A stretch of DNA of 62,813 bases, counting the filler, from Collodictyon triciliatum (taxonomy: Eukaryota): NCBI GenBank assembly GCA_043381765.1. It is 8 parts of 8 records of this genome, joined end to end, with 100 filler letters (N's around TTAATTAATTAA, not from the genome) between each part and the next. Parts side by side here need not be neighbours in the genome. Positions count along the whole stretch, not along the records: positions 46,756 to 56,212 come from JBHJMP010000380.1; positions 56,313 to 62,813 come from JBHJMP010000385.1; 6 more parts are not named here. One strand, 5' to 3'. The notes under the pieces are model-generated. The model had not been told where the DNA came from, did not search any database, and saw only the letters and a program-made list of their open reading frames with translations. The stretch's first letter is position 1. Each line of letters starts with the position of its first letter. Shown piece by piece: positions 50,890 through 62,813 of the stretch. The position numbers and the translations under genes are program-made.

Positions 50890-53800
50890 TTCTTTTCTTT
50901 TCTTTTTCTTTTCTTTTCTTTTCTTTTCTTTTCTTTTCTTTTCTTTTCTTTTCTTTTCTTTTCTTTTCTTTTCTTTTCTTTTCTTTCCTCCGAACTCTTG
51001 GGCCTTGCTTTACCTTCACCCTCTTAGAACGCCTCGGACGTGCCCTACAGACTCTTTCAAATGCATAAGAACGGACACGAAAGCGTCTTGGGGACCCCCG
51101 CGTCGGATTCCCCTGCAGTAAGTTCCACCCACCTCACTCTCACTCCTCCTCTTCATACCTTCTTCAACTTCTTGTGCAGTTGTCTTTTTGTCAACTCTGC
51201 TTCTGTTGACTTTCTTGTTTTTCTTTTTCTTTTGTGTCTTTCTTTTGTGTTTGCCTTCTGCCCCTTCTAAACACCAGCGAAGCGACGATCCGGAGGTTTA
51301 TCTGGACGCCCTGCGATCGGCCATCGGATATGTCGGGACGGTCCAGTCGGACGGAGGACACTGGCCCAGTGACTATGCAGGCCCCATGTTCCTGATGCCT
51401 GGTTTGCTTTTGGTATATCACAAGGATTCGACATACGTCTCCTGCATATACTTGCTGATATTGCACTATGCAGGTCTAGTCATTGCGACATATATCACTG
51501 AGATCCCGCTCTCTGAGCCCCATAAGCAAGCCATGATCAAATATCTTACAATCCACCAGAATGCAGATGGCGGCTGGGGAATGTGAGTGGGACCGTTTAT
51601 TGGATCTTTTTCTTATCCCAGCATGTGTTTTTCATCAATGCGAGTCAATGTCCTGTATCTTTTCTGTTTCTTTTTTTCATTTTCTTATTTTCTCTTTCTT
51701 ATTTTCTCTTTCTTATTTTCTCTTTCTTATTTTCTCTTTCTTATTTTCTCTTTCTTATTTTCTTTCATTTCCTTACTGTTTGAAAAAAAGTAAAAGTGTA
51801 GAGCTGTACTACGCTGTAATTAATCATAACCATGCGGGCCTAATATTGGGTTTTATTTTGAGCATGGTACTATGTGATAATATTAGCGTCGTTACCACTC
51901 TGTGATTTCACCATGCTCACTCGACCTCGGATTTAGTCACATCGAAGCTCCCTCCTCAATGTTTGGAACTGCTCTCACGTACGTCACATTAAGAATTCTT
52001 GGTCTTGATGTAGATGACGGCCGAATTATCAAGGCCCGTGCCTTCATCCAAGCAAACGGTACTAAATCCTTTGATTTCATTAGGATATCAATTAATAGAA
52101 TTTAAATAACATTTCTTTTCATAACTTTAGCAATTAATAAAAGAAAAAATATAACTTTAAACAAAAAAAAAAAGGCGGCGCTGTTGGAATCCCTTCATGG
52201 GGAAAATTTTGGTTGGCTGTCCTCAACATCTATTCATGGGAAGGCTGTAATCCACTGTCACCAGAACCCTGGTTGGTTTTCGTTAAATCCCTTCAATTTT
52301 CCAGCTGACCCACATAAGTTAGCACATCTCACATATAGCTACACAGTAAACTATATGCTCTTCAATAGCTGCGAGTATTCCCGCATTGTATCTCGTGTCT
52401 ATTCGATATCAGGTTGGTTTCATCAAGAATGACTTGTAATGTAATCTAGGATTCTCCCTGAATGGTTTCCTGGATTCCACCCATCTCGGATCTGGTGCCA
52501 TGCGCGCATGGTCTACCTACCAATGTCCTATTTGTATGGCATACGCGCTAAGTGCAAAGAAACCCCGCTTGTCTTGTCCTTGAGAAAGGTTACACATGGT
52601 CAATTATTTCCTGCCTAACTATGTAATGGTTCTCCTCTTTGTCAATATTTCTCTCTCATCATATTGTTTTCCACCCCTCAAAGTAATAAATTACTACAGG
52701 AAATATACACGTCTGATTACGATAAAATCTCATGGTTTTCGAAGAGGAACCACGTCTGCCCCTTAGATGTTTACCGCCCCCACAGTTTGTTCTTGAAAAC
52801 CGCTCACCGTGAGTTTCATAATTACTCAGTTACATTGACAATTTAAATAAAATGCTTGGCGTATTCTCAAGATCTCGTGTTCCTTATAATTTTACCATGT
52901 CACTTTCAGTTGCATTGGGTGCCTTTGAGTATGTCACTCCTTCCTTCTTGCGAGAAAAGGCTTTGAAGGAAGTTATGTTTCAGATCCACGCCGAGGACGA
53001 AAACACAAACTACATCGATATCGGACCCGTTCGTCTTGCTCTTACGCTAATCATATCACATCAAGAAATAATGGATCCCAGCGTAACCAATATGTAACAG
53101 TGACTTCCTGTCCAGGTTAACAAGATCATCAACATGCTCTGTGTTTGGTTTGAGAACCCAAAGTCCGAACAGTTTACAAAGCACGTTTCCCGCATTTATG
53201 ACTACCTGTGGGTTGCCGAGGATGGGATGAAAATGCAGGTTTGCAATGTCCCATATAGTCAGCCACATTCATAATGCCTAAACCCTGTTTTCACAACAAG
53301 CCTATCAACCAATCTAAACCTCATTTAAATTTAGGGCTACAATGGTTCACAACTATGGGACGTCGCATGGGTCATGCAAGCAATCATCGAATCTGGTATT
53401 TCTCTGTAAAGTAAATTATTCCTCCATCGTTCTTGTCTAAAACTCTTCCCTAGGACTTACTGAAGAGTTCCCAGAGATCATGTCCAAAGCGTATGACTAC
53501 GTCGAATACGCCCAAGTAAGCCACAATCGCTTATCCATCTTAAGGAGCAAATGTGAACCTGTCATTTTTTAAATCAGTGGGATGGTCATCCCCTATCGCC
53601 AAAGTAGTAAAAATTAAATCTTGTGTACAATAAGGTTCGTGAAGATGTGGATATGAGGGAAAGATGCTACCGACACGTTTCCAAGGTAAACCTAGGAATT
53701 TTGGGACTGGTCATAGGCGAACCACTCTCCTACATAAATGAGCAAAATAAAGCATGCATTCTCTTGTGCTTTTTTACTTTTATTTAACTTGACGTTTTGT

Positions 53801-54616
53801 ATCTGATTTGCTCTCCAATTAGGGTGGATGGCCCTTCAGCACCCGTGACCACGGATGGCCCATCTCTGATTGCACAGCCGAAGCACTGAAAGTTGTTCTC
53901 CAAATGCGGCCATTTACGTAATCTTGAGATTTCCCAAGAAAAAAAAACACTTTGACTTTCATCGAAAACAAACTCTTTTGGCTGCCCTCCAACTGCACGA
54001 AGAAGAAAAGGTAGGGAAAATGACTGGAAAAAATCTTCTTCTTTTTACCTAGCTTCCTCCCCAAGCACATCTCTCCTGATCGGCTCTATGACGCTGTAAA
54101 CGTAATTCTTACCCTGCAAAACATCGATGGAGGTATATCCCACAATCTTCAGTCTAAGCTTCTTCACAACAGAGATAGTAGATTGTTAAGTCATTTTTCT
54201 TTTCTTCTTTTACCAAGGATGGGCCACTTATGAGAACACCAGAGGGTCATCCTTTCTGGAGATGCTGAATCCTTCCGAGTGCTTTGGTTTTTGTTTTTCT
54301 CAGAAAAATCACCTTTCATATACCCATATTATTTCCTTAGACTTAATTTATGTGTTGGGGACTGAGTTTGTTGGTAAAGTTATGCTCTTTTGTTTTGTTT
54401 TTCTCTCCGCTTTTTTTCGAGGATACTGATCCAGCGATTCCTCTTCTTGGTTTGACCTAGTTTAATTTCATTCTTACATCGCCAGGCAATATCATGATTG
54501 ATTATTCCTATGTGGAGTGTTCTGCGGCGTGTATGACGGCTCTGAAGAATTTCCGTCATTATTTCCCCAACCACCGCAAGACGGATATCAAGTTTGTAGA
54601 ATCAAACCTCTCTTTT

Positions 54617-54704
<88 letters not shown>

Positions 54705-55948
54705 TCNNNNNNNNNNNNNNNNNNNNNNNNNNNNNNNNNNNNNNNNNNNNNNNNNNNNNNNNNNNNNNNNNNNNNNNNNNNNNNNNNNNNNNNNNNNNNN
54801 NNNNNNTTTTCTCTCTCTTTTTCTCTCTCTTTTTCTCTCTCTTTTTCTCTCTCTTTTTCTCTCTCTTTTTCTCTCTTTCACACACACACACACACACACA
54901 CACCATGTTGACCAAATAAAACTTTGTCTCGAATTTTTCTAGGGAATCCATTACCAGAGGAGCCAATTTTATCAAGAGTATTCAAAGACCCGACGGCAGC
55001 TGGTATGATATCATGCACTCCACTGAACGCGTTGCGATGCCCTTTCTCTTTTCATGAAAACTCACATCTTGTCTTAAGGTATGGAAGCTGGGCAGTTTGC
55101 TTCACTTACGGAACATGGTTTGGTGTTGAAGGTCTTCTTGCCGCAGGAGAATCTCCGTTTGTTTTATTTTACATCATGTCACATTGCAGTGTTTTTCCTG
55201 TTTTTGTGGACGAATAACACAAAACATCACATTCTCGCTCGTGTCATACTCAGTCGCTGGTTCAGTAAGTCCTTGTGATGAACAGTTTCTATAATCAAAT
55301 TTAGTGAATGTGGAGAAATTCAACGTGCCTGTGGATTTCTGCTGACCCGCCAGAACGCAGATGGTGGGTGGGGAGAAAGTTACAAGGTTTTTATAATATA
55401 CCTAAAACACTTCAACATGTTTGTTTTATTTGTGGATTGGGATGTATTTTGTTTCATTACATGGTGATTGGATTACTATGTATCTTCTCATATTCCCAGG
55501 CAAGCGAACAGAAGGTATGGCATGGAACTGAATCCCAAGTTGTCCACACCTCATGGGCATTGATGACACTTTTAGCAGCGAAATGTAGAAAGCACGAAGT
55601 CCTCAGCAAAGCCGCCCATGTAAGGGGCTTTATTATTTTATTTTTTAGAGTAATCACTCGAATATGACTCACAAACTCATTTTCTCTTTTTTCCTGCATC
55701 AATCCTCATTACTGTACCTGATATCTTTTACTGAATTGTACCATCTCTCTTGGTTTCCGCTATCCTGTGGAACGTAGTTCATCAAATCGAGGCAGCTGGA
55801 TGATGGCGACTTCCCACAAGACCGTATCTGCGGAATCTTTAACGGAAACTGCACCATTTCCTACACAAACTATCGCAACTCATTCCCCATTTGGGCTCTC
55901 GGCCGCTACCGCAACTACCTTCTGAGGCGTAGCCAGTCTGAATATTGA
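50530..55948 (+). CDS. CAS1: Oxidosqualene cyclase, cycloartenol synthase type, complete, about 22 exons
   Basis: Motifs [116 protein letters not shown] and [14 protein letters not shown] at 55946-55948. Confidence 0.96.
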
Positions 55949-56212
55949 AACACCTGGTGGCGGCAAAGCGCCTCTGGTGTTTACACTCTAAACAGATCGA
56001 CTTGATGCGCTCGACTGAACTTTTCTATACACCCCACCGGATATACATCTAAAACGATAAATGGAGCATAACAAAACAAGAAACACAAATCCTAAATACC
56101 AGGCAAGGCCTTTCCTACAACAGCCACAATGTGTTTTTGTAAACCCAAGCACAAAGGGAAATGAGAATTATGATAAAAGAATAGAGAAGCTTTGTAGATA
56201 CACAATGGGAGG

Positions 56213-56312
56213 NNNNNNNNNNNNNNNNNNNNNNNNNNNNNNNNNNNNNNNNNNNNTTAATTAATTAANNNNNNNNNNNNNNNNNNNNNNNNNNNNNNNN
56301 NNNNNNNNNNNN
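56213..56312. other. Artificial scaffold linker
   Basis: N44-TTAATTAATTAA-N44. Confidence 0.97.
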
Positions 56313-56324
56313 AATTCTTTACAG

Positions 56325-59300
56325 AGTTTATGAATCGTGAAAAAGGAATCGTTGAGCATGAGAATGCAGATACAATTTTAGATCAAATCTTGCCGGTGAA
56401 TTCTGCACTCTCCTTTTTTTTCTCCTATTTTTAACCAAAAAAATAAATAAGACTACATCATTTATATTTCTATTTAATATACCTCGATATATGAAATGCA
56501 TTTAGTTAGATACAGTGACTATTGACTGAAGTTAGAACGATTGAAAAAGGTTTATTTTACTTTTTTTTTTTGGTGTCTAGAATGAGATATCAACAAAACT
56601 ACGGGATGACCCAGACAAAACGATTGCAACCTCGTTTGAGCATGTCACCGTAATATCATTTCATAATAGAGCTAAAAAAACATTTCATAATCGAGCTGCT
56701 TTCCCACCGTCCTGCACAGAAATTGAAAGGAAGAATTAAAAATAATAGAGCTGCTTCATTAATTTTCTAAGAGATTTCAAAATAAATGGGCTTTTATTAA
56801 AATAAATGTAAATTCATAAATCAGGTTCTTTTTGCAGAAGTGTGTGACTACAACAGGATGGCGAGCGAGCTGCCTCCATCCGAGTTGTTTTTTGTTTTAA
56901 ATAAAATATTTACAAAGTTCGATGTGCTAACAGAATTCTATGATGTCTTCAAAATTGAAACGGTAAAATTTTAATGTTTCATATTCAATTAATTAGATGT
57001 TTAGTCACTCCAAACACAAGTATACTATTTCTTTTCTTGAAGGAGATTCAAACTTGTCCATGCTCAGAGCAGGATTTATATTCTAAGCAATCAATATCCC
57101 ACTATTTTCCTAAGGTTGGTGGGACTTACATGGCTGCCACTGGATTGAAGGGAAAGTCTGACCCATTAGCAGAGAGCAAAATACTTGACTTTGCGATGGA
57201 TATTCTGCAAGTAGCTCAAGTATACTGGGACCATCAGGTTTTTTTTTTTTTTGCCTGGACCATTAAAAAAATATACAAGTTGGTTATAAATTCTATGGAA
57301 GATATCTCACGAGAATCTACACAAAATGAAACTTTAAAGGGAAAGCCAATTAACATTCGGGTGGGCCTGAATACTGGGCCTGTTACTGCTGGAGTCATTG
57401 GAACCAAGCTATTCAATTTTCGGCTTTTCGGGGATGCAGTGAATTTAGCCTCCAGGTTCATATGCGTTTATATTTTTAAAAGATTGTTCATCGCAGATTT
57501 CTTTTATATATACAACATATTTTTGCTGACTTTATCTATGGGCTTGCTCAAAAGGATGCAGTCATCAGCACCCAGAAACAAGATTCAAGTATCTTTGGAA
57601 ACAAGGTTGAGATACATGAGACCTCGTGTCGATCAGTCATAGACCTACATTAGAACTGTTCTACTGTAGTTCATTTCTCTACTATCCAAAACTAACATCG
57701 TATTATACCTCCTTACTTTCCAAACAGGCAATATTTTGCTCCTTACTTCAATTTTCGAGACCGTGGATTGGTGAAAGTCAAAGGAAAAGGAGAATTGTAT
57801 ACTTACTATGTTGCAGGCAGAATTCAGGTATTAACGATATATATATCGATATTTACAGATAACTACTATTATCGATTCTTTGAATCGAATAAAGGAAAAA
57901 AAAAACTACTATTATCGATTAAAATCATAACCATGGAGCACTATGTTTTCCTACATTTCTACGTTTATTATTTTTAAAATTATTGGGCTACTCTGCTACT
58001 TTTCATGGATAAAATATTCCTTCTCCATCCTGGGATAGACATCGATAGTGAATCACAATATAAAAAGAAGCTCCACTGGGTCTTTTATTTCTCGTGGTAG
58101 ATGTAATGCCTTGTCATTTTATAACTATTCTAAAAACTTTTCCCTTACCACATGAAGCATTGGAAAAATTACTATTATATTGACTAATGCATACAATTTT
58201 TTTTTTATTTAATCGTGCTCTACCCTCCAGCTGATTCTCAAAGTAGTCGAGGGAGTATTGTGCGAGCCATAAACGACGCAGCATCCAGCACTCTCGCTCA
58301 AGTTACATCACAAATTCAGGAGGCCATGAAGAAGGAATTTAAGGACATCAGTAATCGCAATGATGGGACTGAGGTTGTCGGTGAAAATATTGAAGATGAG
58401 ACGTTAAATGACAAGTATGAAAAGAGAAGGTATATTTTATTTCAATAAGCAGATAAGCACCGCAAGACCCGACCATAATTGTATTTTCTTACACCATGTT
58501 TTTATTCACTCATACACTCTGCACCAAATAATAGTCACGAGTCCCACAAAAAATTCAAAGAGTTGATACGCCCAGTGTCCCTGATATTTAAAGATAATGA
58601 GCTCGAATACTTGTTTATGTCAAAAACGTTTGGAATTCGAGCAGCATATCATTCGATGAGGTTTTTTTTTTTTTTTTTAATAAAATACTAATTGAAGTGT
58701 TTTAATTCTTGATATCGCATTCTTAAGAACCAAGTTCAAAAATCAACTTTTTTTTTTCCTGTTCAAAAGAATTTCACTGGTTATACTCGCCGGGTTGTTC
58801 ACCCTTTTTGCAATATTGCAAACTCTCAGTGCGGACGATTTCTTGAAACATAAGGTTTTTTTCATTGGCCAAATCAGTGGTTTATTCAATAGAAGTAGTG
58901 AGATTAGCATTTAAGGCCAGCAATGTTTATTACAAATTCAAATGGAGAGTAATATAAATCTAGATTTCTACTGGGCTATATTCTACCACAATAGTCGTTT
59001 CATTGATTGTTTATATGCTGCTATACCTCGAATTTCATGGGAAAATATGTCTTATAAGCGTGCTTGTGATTGGTAATGATGATTCAATCTCAATAACCTC
59101 TTTAAAATTCTTTTGGCTGACTGCTTGATATCGATACATCAACTTCTTGCCAATATTATTCCCTTCATCCGATGGCGATTAACGATGAATATCATATTTG
59201 ATAAAAAAAATATTAATAGCTGGGTGCCTTCAGTCAGTGCATTTTCTTTTTTCAATCTACCTAGCATCACCCCAGAAGGTTTTTTTCTTTGGAAACCTCG

Positions 59301-62300
59301 TTTGGTTGACATGTATTAATTTCACATAAGCATATTCTCGCATTTATGTATATGCCTATGCGGATATGAAAATATTAATTCATAGGTCCTGTTTTATGTG
59401 CACGTTATGCTCATCGCACCCATCACGTTCCACGAGTCAATTATCATCATAATTACCGACTTTTCGCTTTACTCGATTCTGCTCCTGGTTTATCATACCA
59501 ACAAAGGTGATATTTTGGTGTGGCTTTTGGTTCTGGGAAATGCAGTAACTATATGTATTTCTTCATATATGAAGGTTAGATTCCAATTTTAAGAAAACTA
59601 ATTATGATTTCGTGCCGTAGCCATACTTGAAGGCACACATGACATATTCTTCTACTGAGTAAAGATTAAGTATGAAAGCGATTTCCACAAAATTATGACT
59701 TTTCTTATAGGAATCCATGAAACGAGAAGGATTTGTAACGGCAGTCGATTTGGTTCTAGAGCAACAAAGAAGTGAAAGATTGTTGCTTGCATTACTGCCT
59801 GTTCCCGTGGCTGACCAACTCAAACAAGGAAGAGAGCTTATATGGGATGCCTTTGCCGAAGTGACAGGTAAAATTTATGAGACATTTACCAGAGCGATTT
59901 TTTTATTTTACATGGTTTTGATTGTGTTGCTATATAGACAAAATAGAAAACACGAAACAGAAAACACGAAACACAAGAAAACAAAAAAGAAAACAAAAAA
60001 GAAAACAAAAAAGAAAACAAAAAAGAAAACAAAAAAGAAAACAAAAAAGAAAACAAAAAAGAAAACAAAAAAGNNNNNNNNNNNNNNNNNNNNNNNNNNN
60101 NNNNNNNNNNNNNNNNNNNNNNNNNNNNNNNNNNNNNNNNNNNNNNNNNNNNNNNNNNNNNNNNNNNNNNNNNAGAAAATAAAAAAGAAGAAAATAAAAA
60201 AGAAGAAAATAAAAAAGAAGAAAATAAAAAAGAAGAAAATAAAAAAGAAGAAAATAAAAAAGAAGAAAATAAGAAATTAAGACATCGCCATCCTGTGATG
60301 GTAAAAAGCATTTTTTTTTTTAATAAATTGATATCATGTAATTTGCTACACTAATTCGATATACTATTCGTCAATTGATATTAATTCATTATTTGCTAAA
60401 CCCATCAAAACAGTGCTGTTCTCAGATATCGTTGGATTCACTGGCACGTATTTCCTTAACTGCGCGCTCTATTCTGCCCTTTCTATTTCTATTTCGTTTT
60501 GCTCAGCCTTCGATATTGAGTATCTGAGAAATTTTCATATATGTATCCATGTTGATATCGATAGACACGCTTTTGTTAATATGTCTTTATTCTTAACCGC
60601 ACTGTTTCCTTGCAGAACTAGCCTCTCAGATGCCACCAGAAGCCCTGCTTAATTTTTTAAACAGGATATACAGTCGATTCGATCAGTTAACGGATTCTTT
60701 TGGAGTTTACAAAATGTATGTTTTATATTTTGATATTAATTGATTTTAGTAACTAGCTTTTCCGTGAGAAATCTAATTACGTACACATTTCAATAGAGAT
60801 ACCGTTGGAGATGCATTCGTAGTCGCTTCTGGGTTACCGGTAAATAGAATTGACCATGCGTCTGCCATGGTAAGATGCAATCAAATGTATTGCCTTGAGT
60901 GATTGTCCATGTTATCTCTAAATAGCTCCAATTAATAAATTCTTTGGCTCAAATGTAACTGGTTGTTTAATAAAATTATCCTCAGATTGATATGGCTTTT
61001 GGGATGCTTAAAGAAGTGGCCGCTTTCAACGAGGCACGGTTGATTGTGCACATAAGAAAACCATATAATCAGATAGAAATATTTTTTTTGACTTGGAGAT
61101 AAAATATGAATATTGTAAAAAGATATTCACAGCCGAAATCAATACTTATACCGCAAAATTATATACGACAACTAAATAGAATAGCAAATTTGAGGTCAAA
61201 ATAAGGATTGGTATCAACAGTGGAAGATGTGCAGGAGGAATTATGGGCCTCAAAAAGTTCAAGTATTATCCTCGATCTCATAATTTAATCTTTCATGCAC
61301 CTTTTTTCAGGTTTCATTCTGAAGTATTAAGCATTATTTTGTTATTAAATGTTAGATATCACATTTGGGGAGAAACGGTATAACTCACAATTACATACCT
61401 GTTTTCCTATACTTTCTCCTATTTCTGTCCAACTTTCTATTTTCGCTAGGGCAATTTGTCTTCATTGTTTTGAGAAGTGCCTAAATCTCATATATTTCAT
61501 TTTTTATCCGATAGGTTGTTATCGCTAACATGCTTGAATCTAACGGTATTCCTGGAGAGATTGTGATAAGTGAACAAACATATCACTACTTCAAATATGA
61601 AAAGTGAGCCTTATTCACCAAATTTATGCTTCTCAGGCATACAGCCAAATACGTTTCATACTCACCTACATATGGCAATTAGGAATCGACAATTCGATAT
61701 AAATCCATATCTAATAACTGTAAAAACCAGCAATGTGCCGATTGCGGATGGAAAAGGTTCAAATCTATTGCAAACAATATACCATCAACATCCTATGTTA
61801 ACCTGATATACTTAAACCAAGATCAAAACAAAAGTTAAAACAAAAAACAAAAAACAAAAAACAAAAAACAAAAAAACAAAAAACAAAAAACAAAAAACAA
61901 AAAACAAAAAACAAAAAACAAAAAACAACAAACCAAAAACCAAAAACCAAAAACCAAAAACCAAAAACCAAAAACCAAAAACCAAAAACCAAAAACCAAA
62001 AACCAAAAACCAAAAACCAAAAACCAAAAACCAAAGTAAATAAAAAACGAGACCTTATCTCTGCACTTGAAGATTAGTCCAACTCACAACGTAATTGCAG
62101 ATGGTCCGATTTACGCCGACGGAGACGAAAGCAGCACAAGGACGATTAATGCATACCGCATTCGGCCGAAGAAAGAAGACACGAAAAGCGAGCCCGAAGA
62201 AGTGCCAAATAAAAGCCCAGTGGATGTGCGCGATGGTTCGCTTTTACACATAAGAAAAATTCTATAAATACAACACTTCTCATCAAGATAACACATATTG

Positions 62301-62642
62301 CATAGATTTATGTAAAATTATGCTTCGTTTAACATAACAGAAATATTCTGATGATTTCAACCACTGTTGCTTTAATGCCCCGACAACTCTTCTAAGCCAA
62401 AGAAAATATAATAAATATACTCATGGATAACCATTAATTTATTATGTACTGATTTAGAGAAATAAATACGTTTAGCAAGCAAATCTGATGAGTCAAAATC
62501 CACAAGCCCTACCAGCTCGCCAACTAGACCGAAGCATCCGCCTCTTCAACAACGCTCGCCTTCTGTTGTTATAACCAAACCTTCGCTACCTAAAATGCCC
62601 CTCTCTGAAACCGCAGAAACAGATCCCACAGCTACATCTTAG
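56325..62642 (+). CDS. Class III membrane nucleotidyl cyclase with two catalytic domains separated by a TM bundle; probable guanylyl cyclase (5' partial)
   Basis: Domain 1 is VLFAE..[47 protein letters not shown]..VKGKG. Hydrophobic exons lie at about 58770-59575. Domain 2 is VLFSDIVGFT..KIDTVGDAF..IRIGINSG..KYHIWGETVVIANMLES. TAG at 62640-62642. Confidence 0.9.
59973..60270. repeat. A-rich 12-mer/15-mer tandem repeats flanking an N gap (intronic)
   Basis: (CAAAAAAGAAAA)n and (AAAATAAAAAAGAAG)n are visible. Confidence 0.9.
61836..62035. repeat. (ACAAAAA)n grading into (CCAAAAA)n, intronic
   Basis: Directly visible. Confidence 0.92.
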
Positions 62643-62813
62643 AACTTTATGAATAAAGGCAGCAGACTGTTTAGTTTATGTCATCACTTATAAAATAGTG
62701 ATAAAGAAATTTTCTCTCAACGTAAATAAAAATAAAAAAAAACAAAAAACAAAAAACAAAAAACAAAAAAACAAAAAACAAAAAAACAAAAAAACAAAAA
62801 AACAAAAAAACAA

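Noticed and set aside
61931-62034. (CCAAAAA)n as an interstitial telomeric repeat
   Set aside because: It grades continuously from an (ACAAAAA)n tract inside an intron and is best explained as a slippage variant.

Overview
Eukaryotic (protist-type), intron-dense, microsatellite-rich genomic DNA. The window is not contiguous. It is eight unrelated scaffolds joined by seven artificial 100-nt linkers (44 N + TTAATTAATTAA + 44 N), so only neighbours within a scaffold are meaningful. Manually spliced gene models: (A, 1-7082) a multi-pass membrane protein with a SAM-like tail; (B, 7183-21265) an EF-hand protein, an orphan duplicated terminal exon, an intronless PPR protein and an LRR/Cys-rich/multi-TM receptor-like gene with one LRR per 69-nt exon; (C) a helical protein with a C-terminal RING finger; (D) DDAH and a hypothetical gene; (E) the 3' part of PCH2/TRIP13 and an NADP-type malic enzyme; (F) an FBF1-like centriolar coiled-coil protein; (G) squalene epoxidase and a complete cycloartenol-type oxidosqualene cyclase arranged head-to-head, with start codons 1166 bp apart; (H) a membrane nucleotidyl cyclase with inverted C2-C1 domain order, probably a guanylyl cyclase. 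The best candidate for an undescribed system is the divergent SQE-OSC sterol gene pair, followed by the modular LRR exon array and the atypical cyclase. No RNA genes, transposons or CRISPR arrays could be supported. All gene models were spliced by eye and need RNA-seq confirmation.
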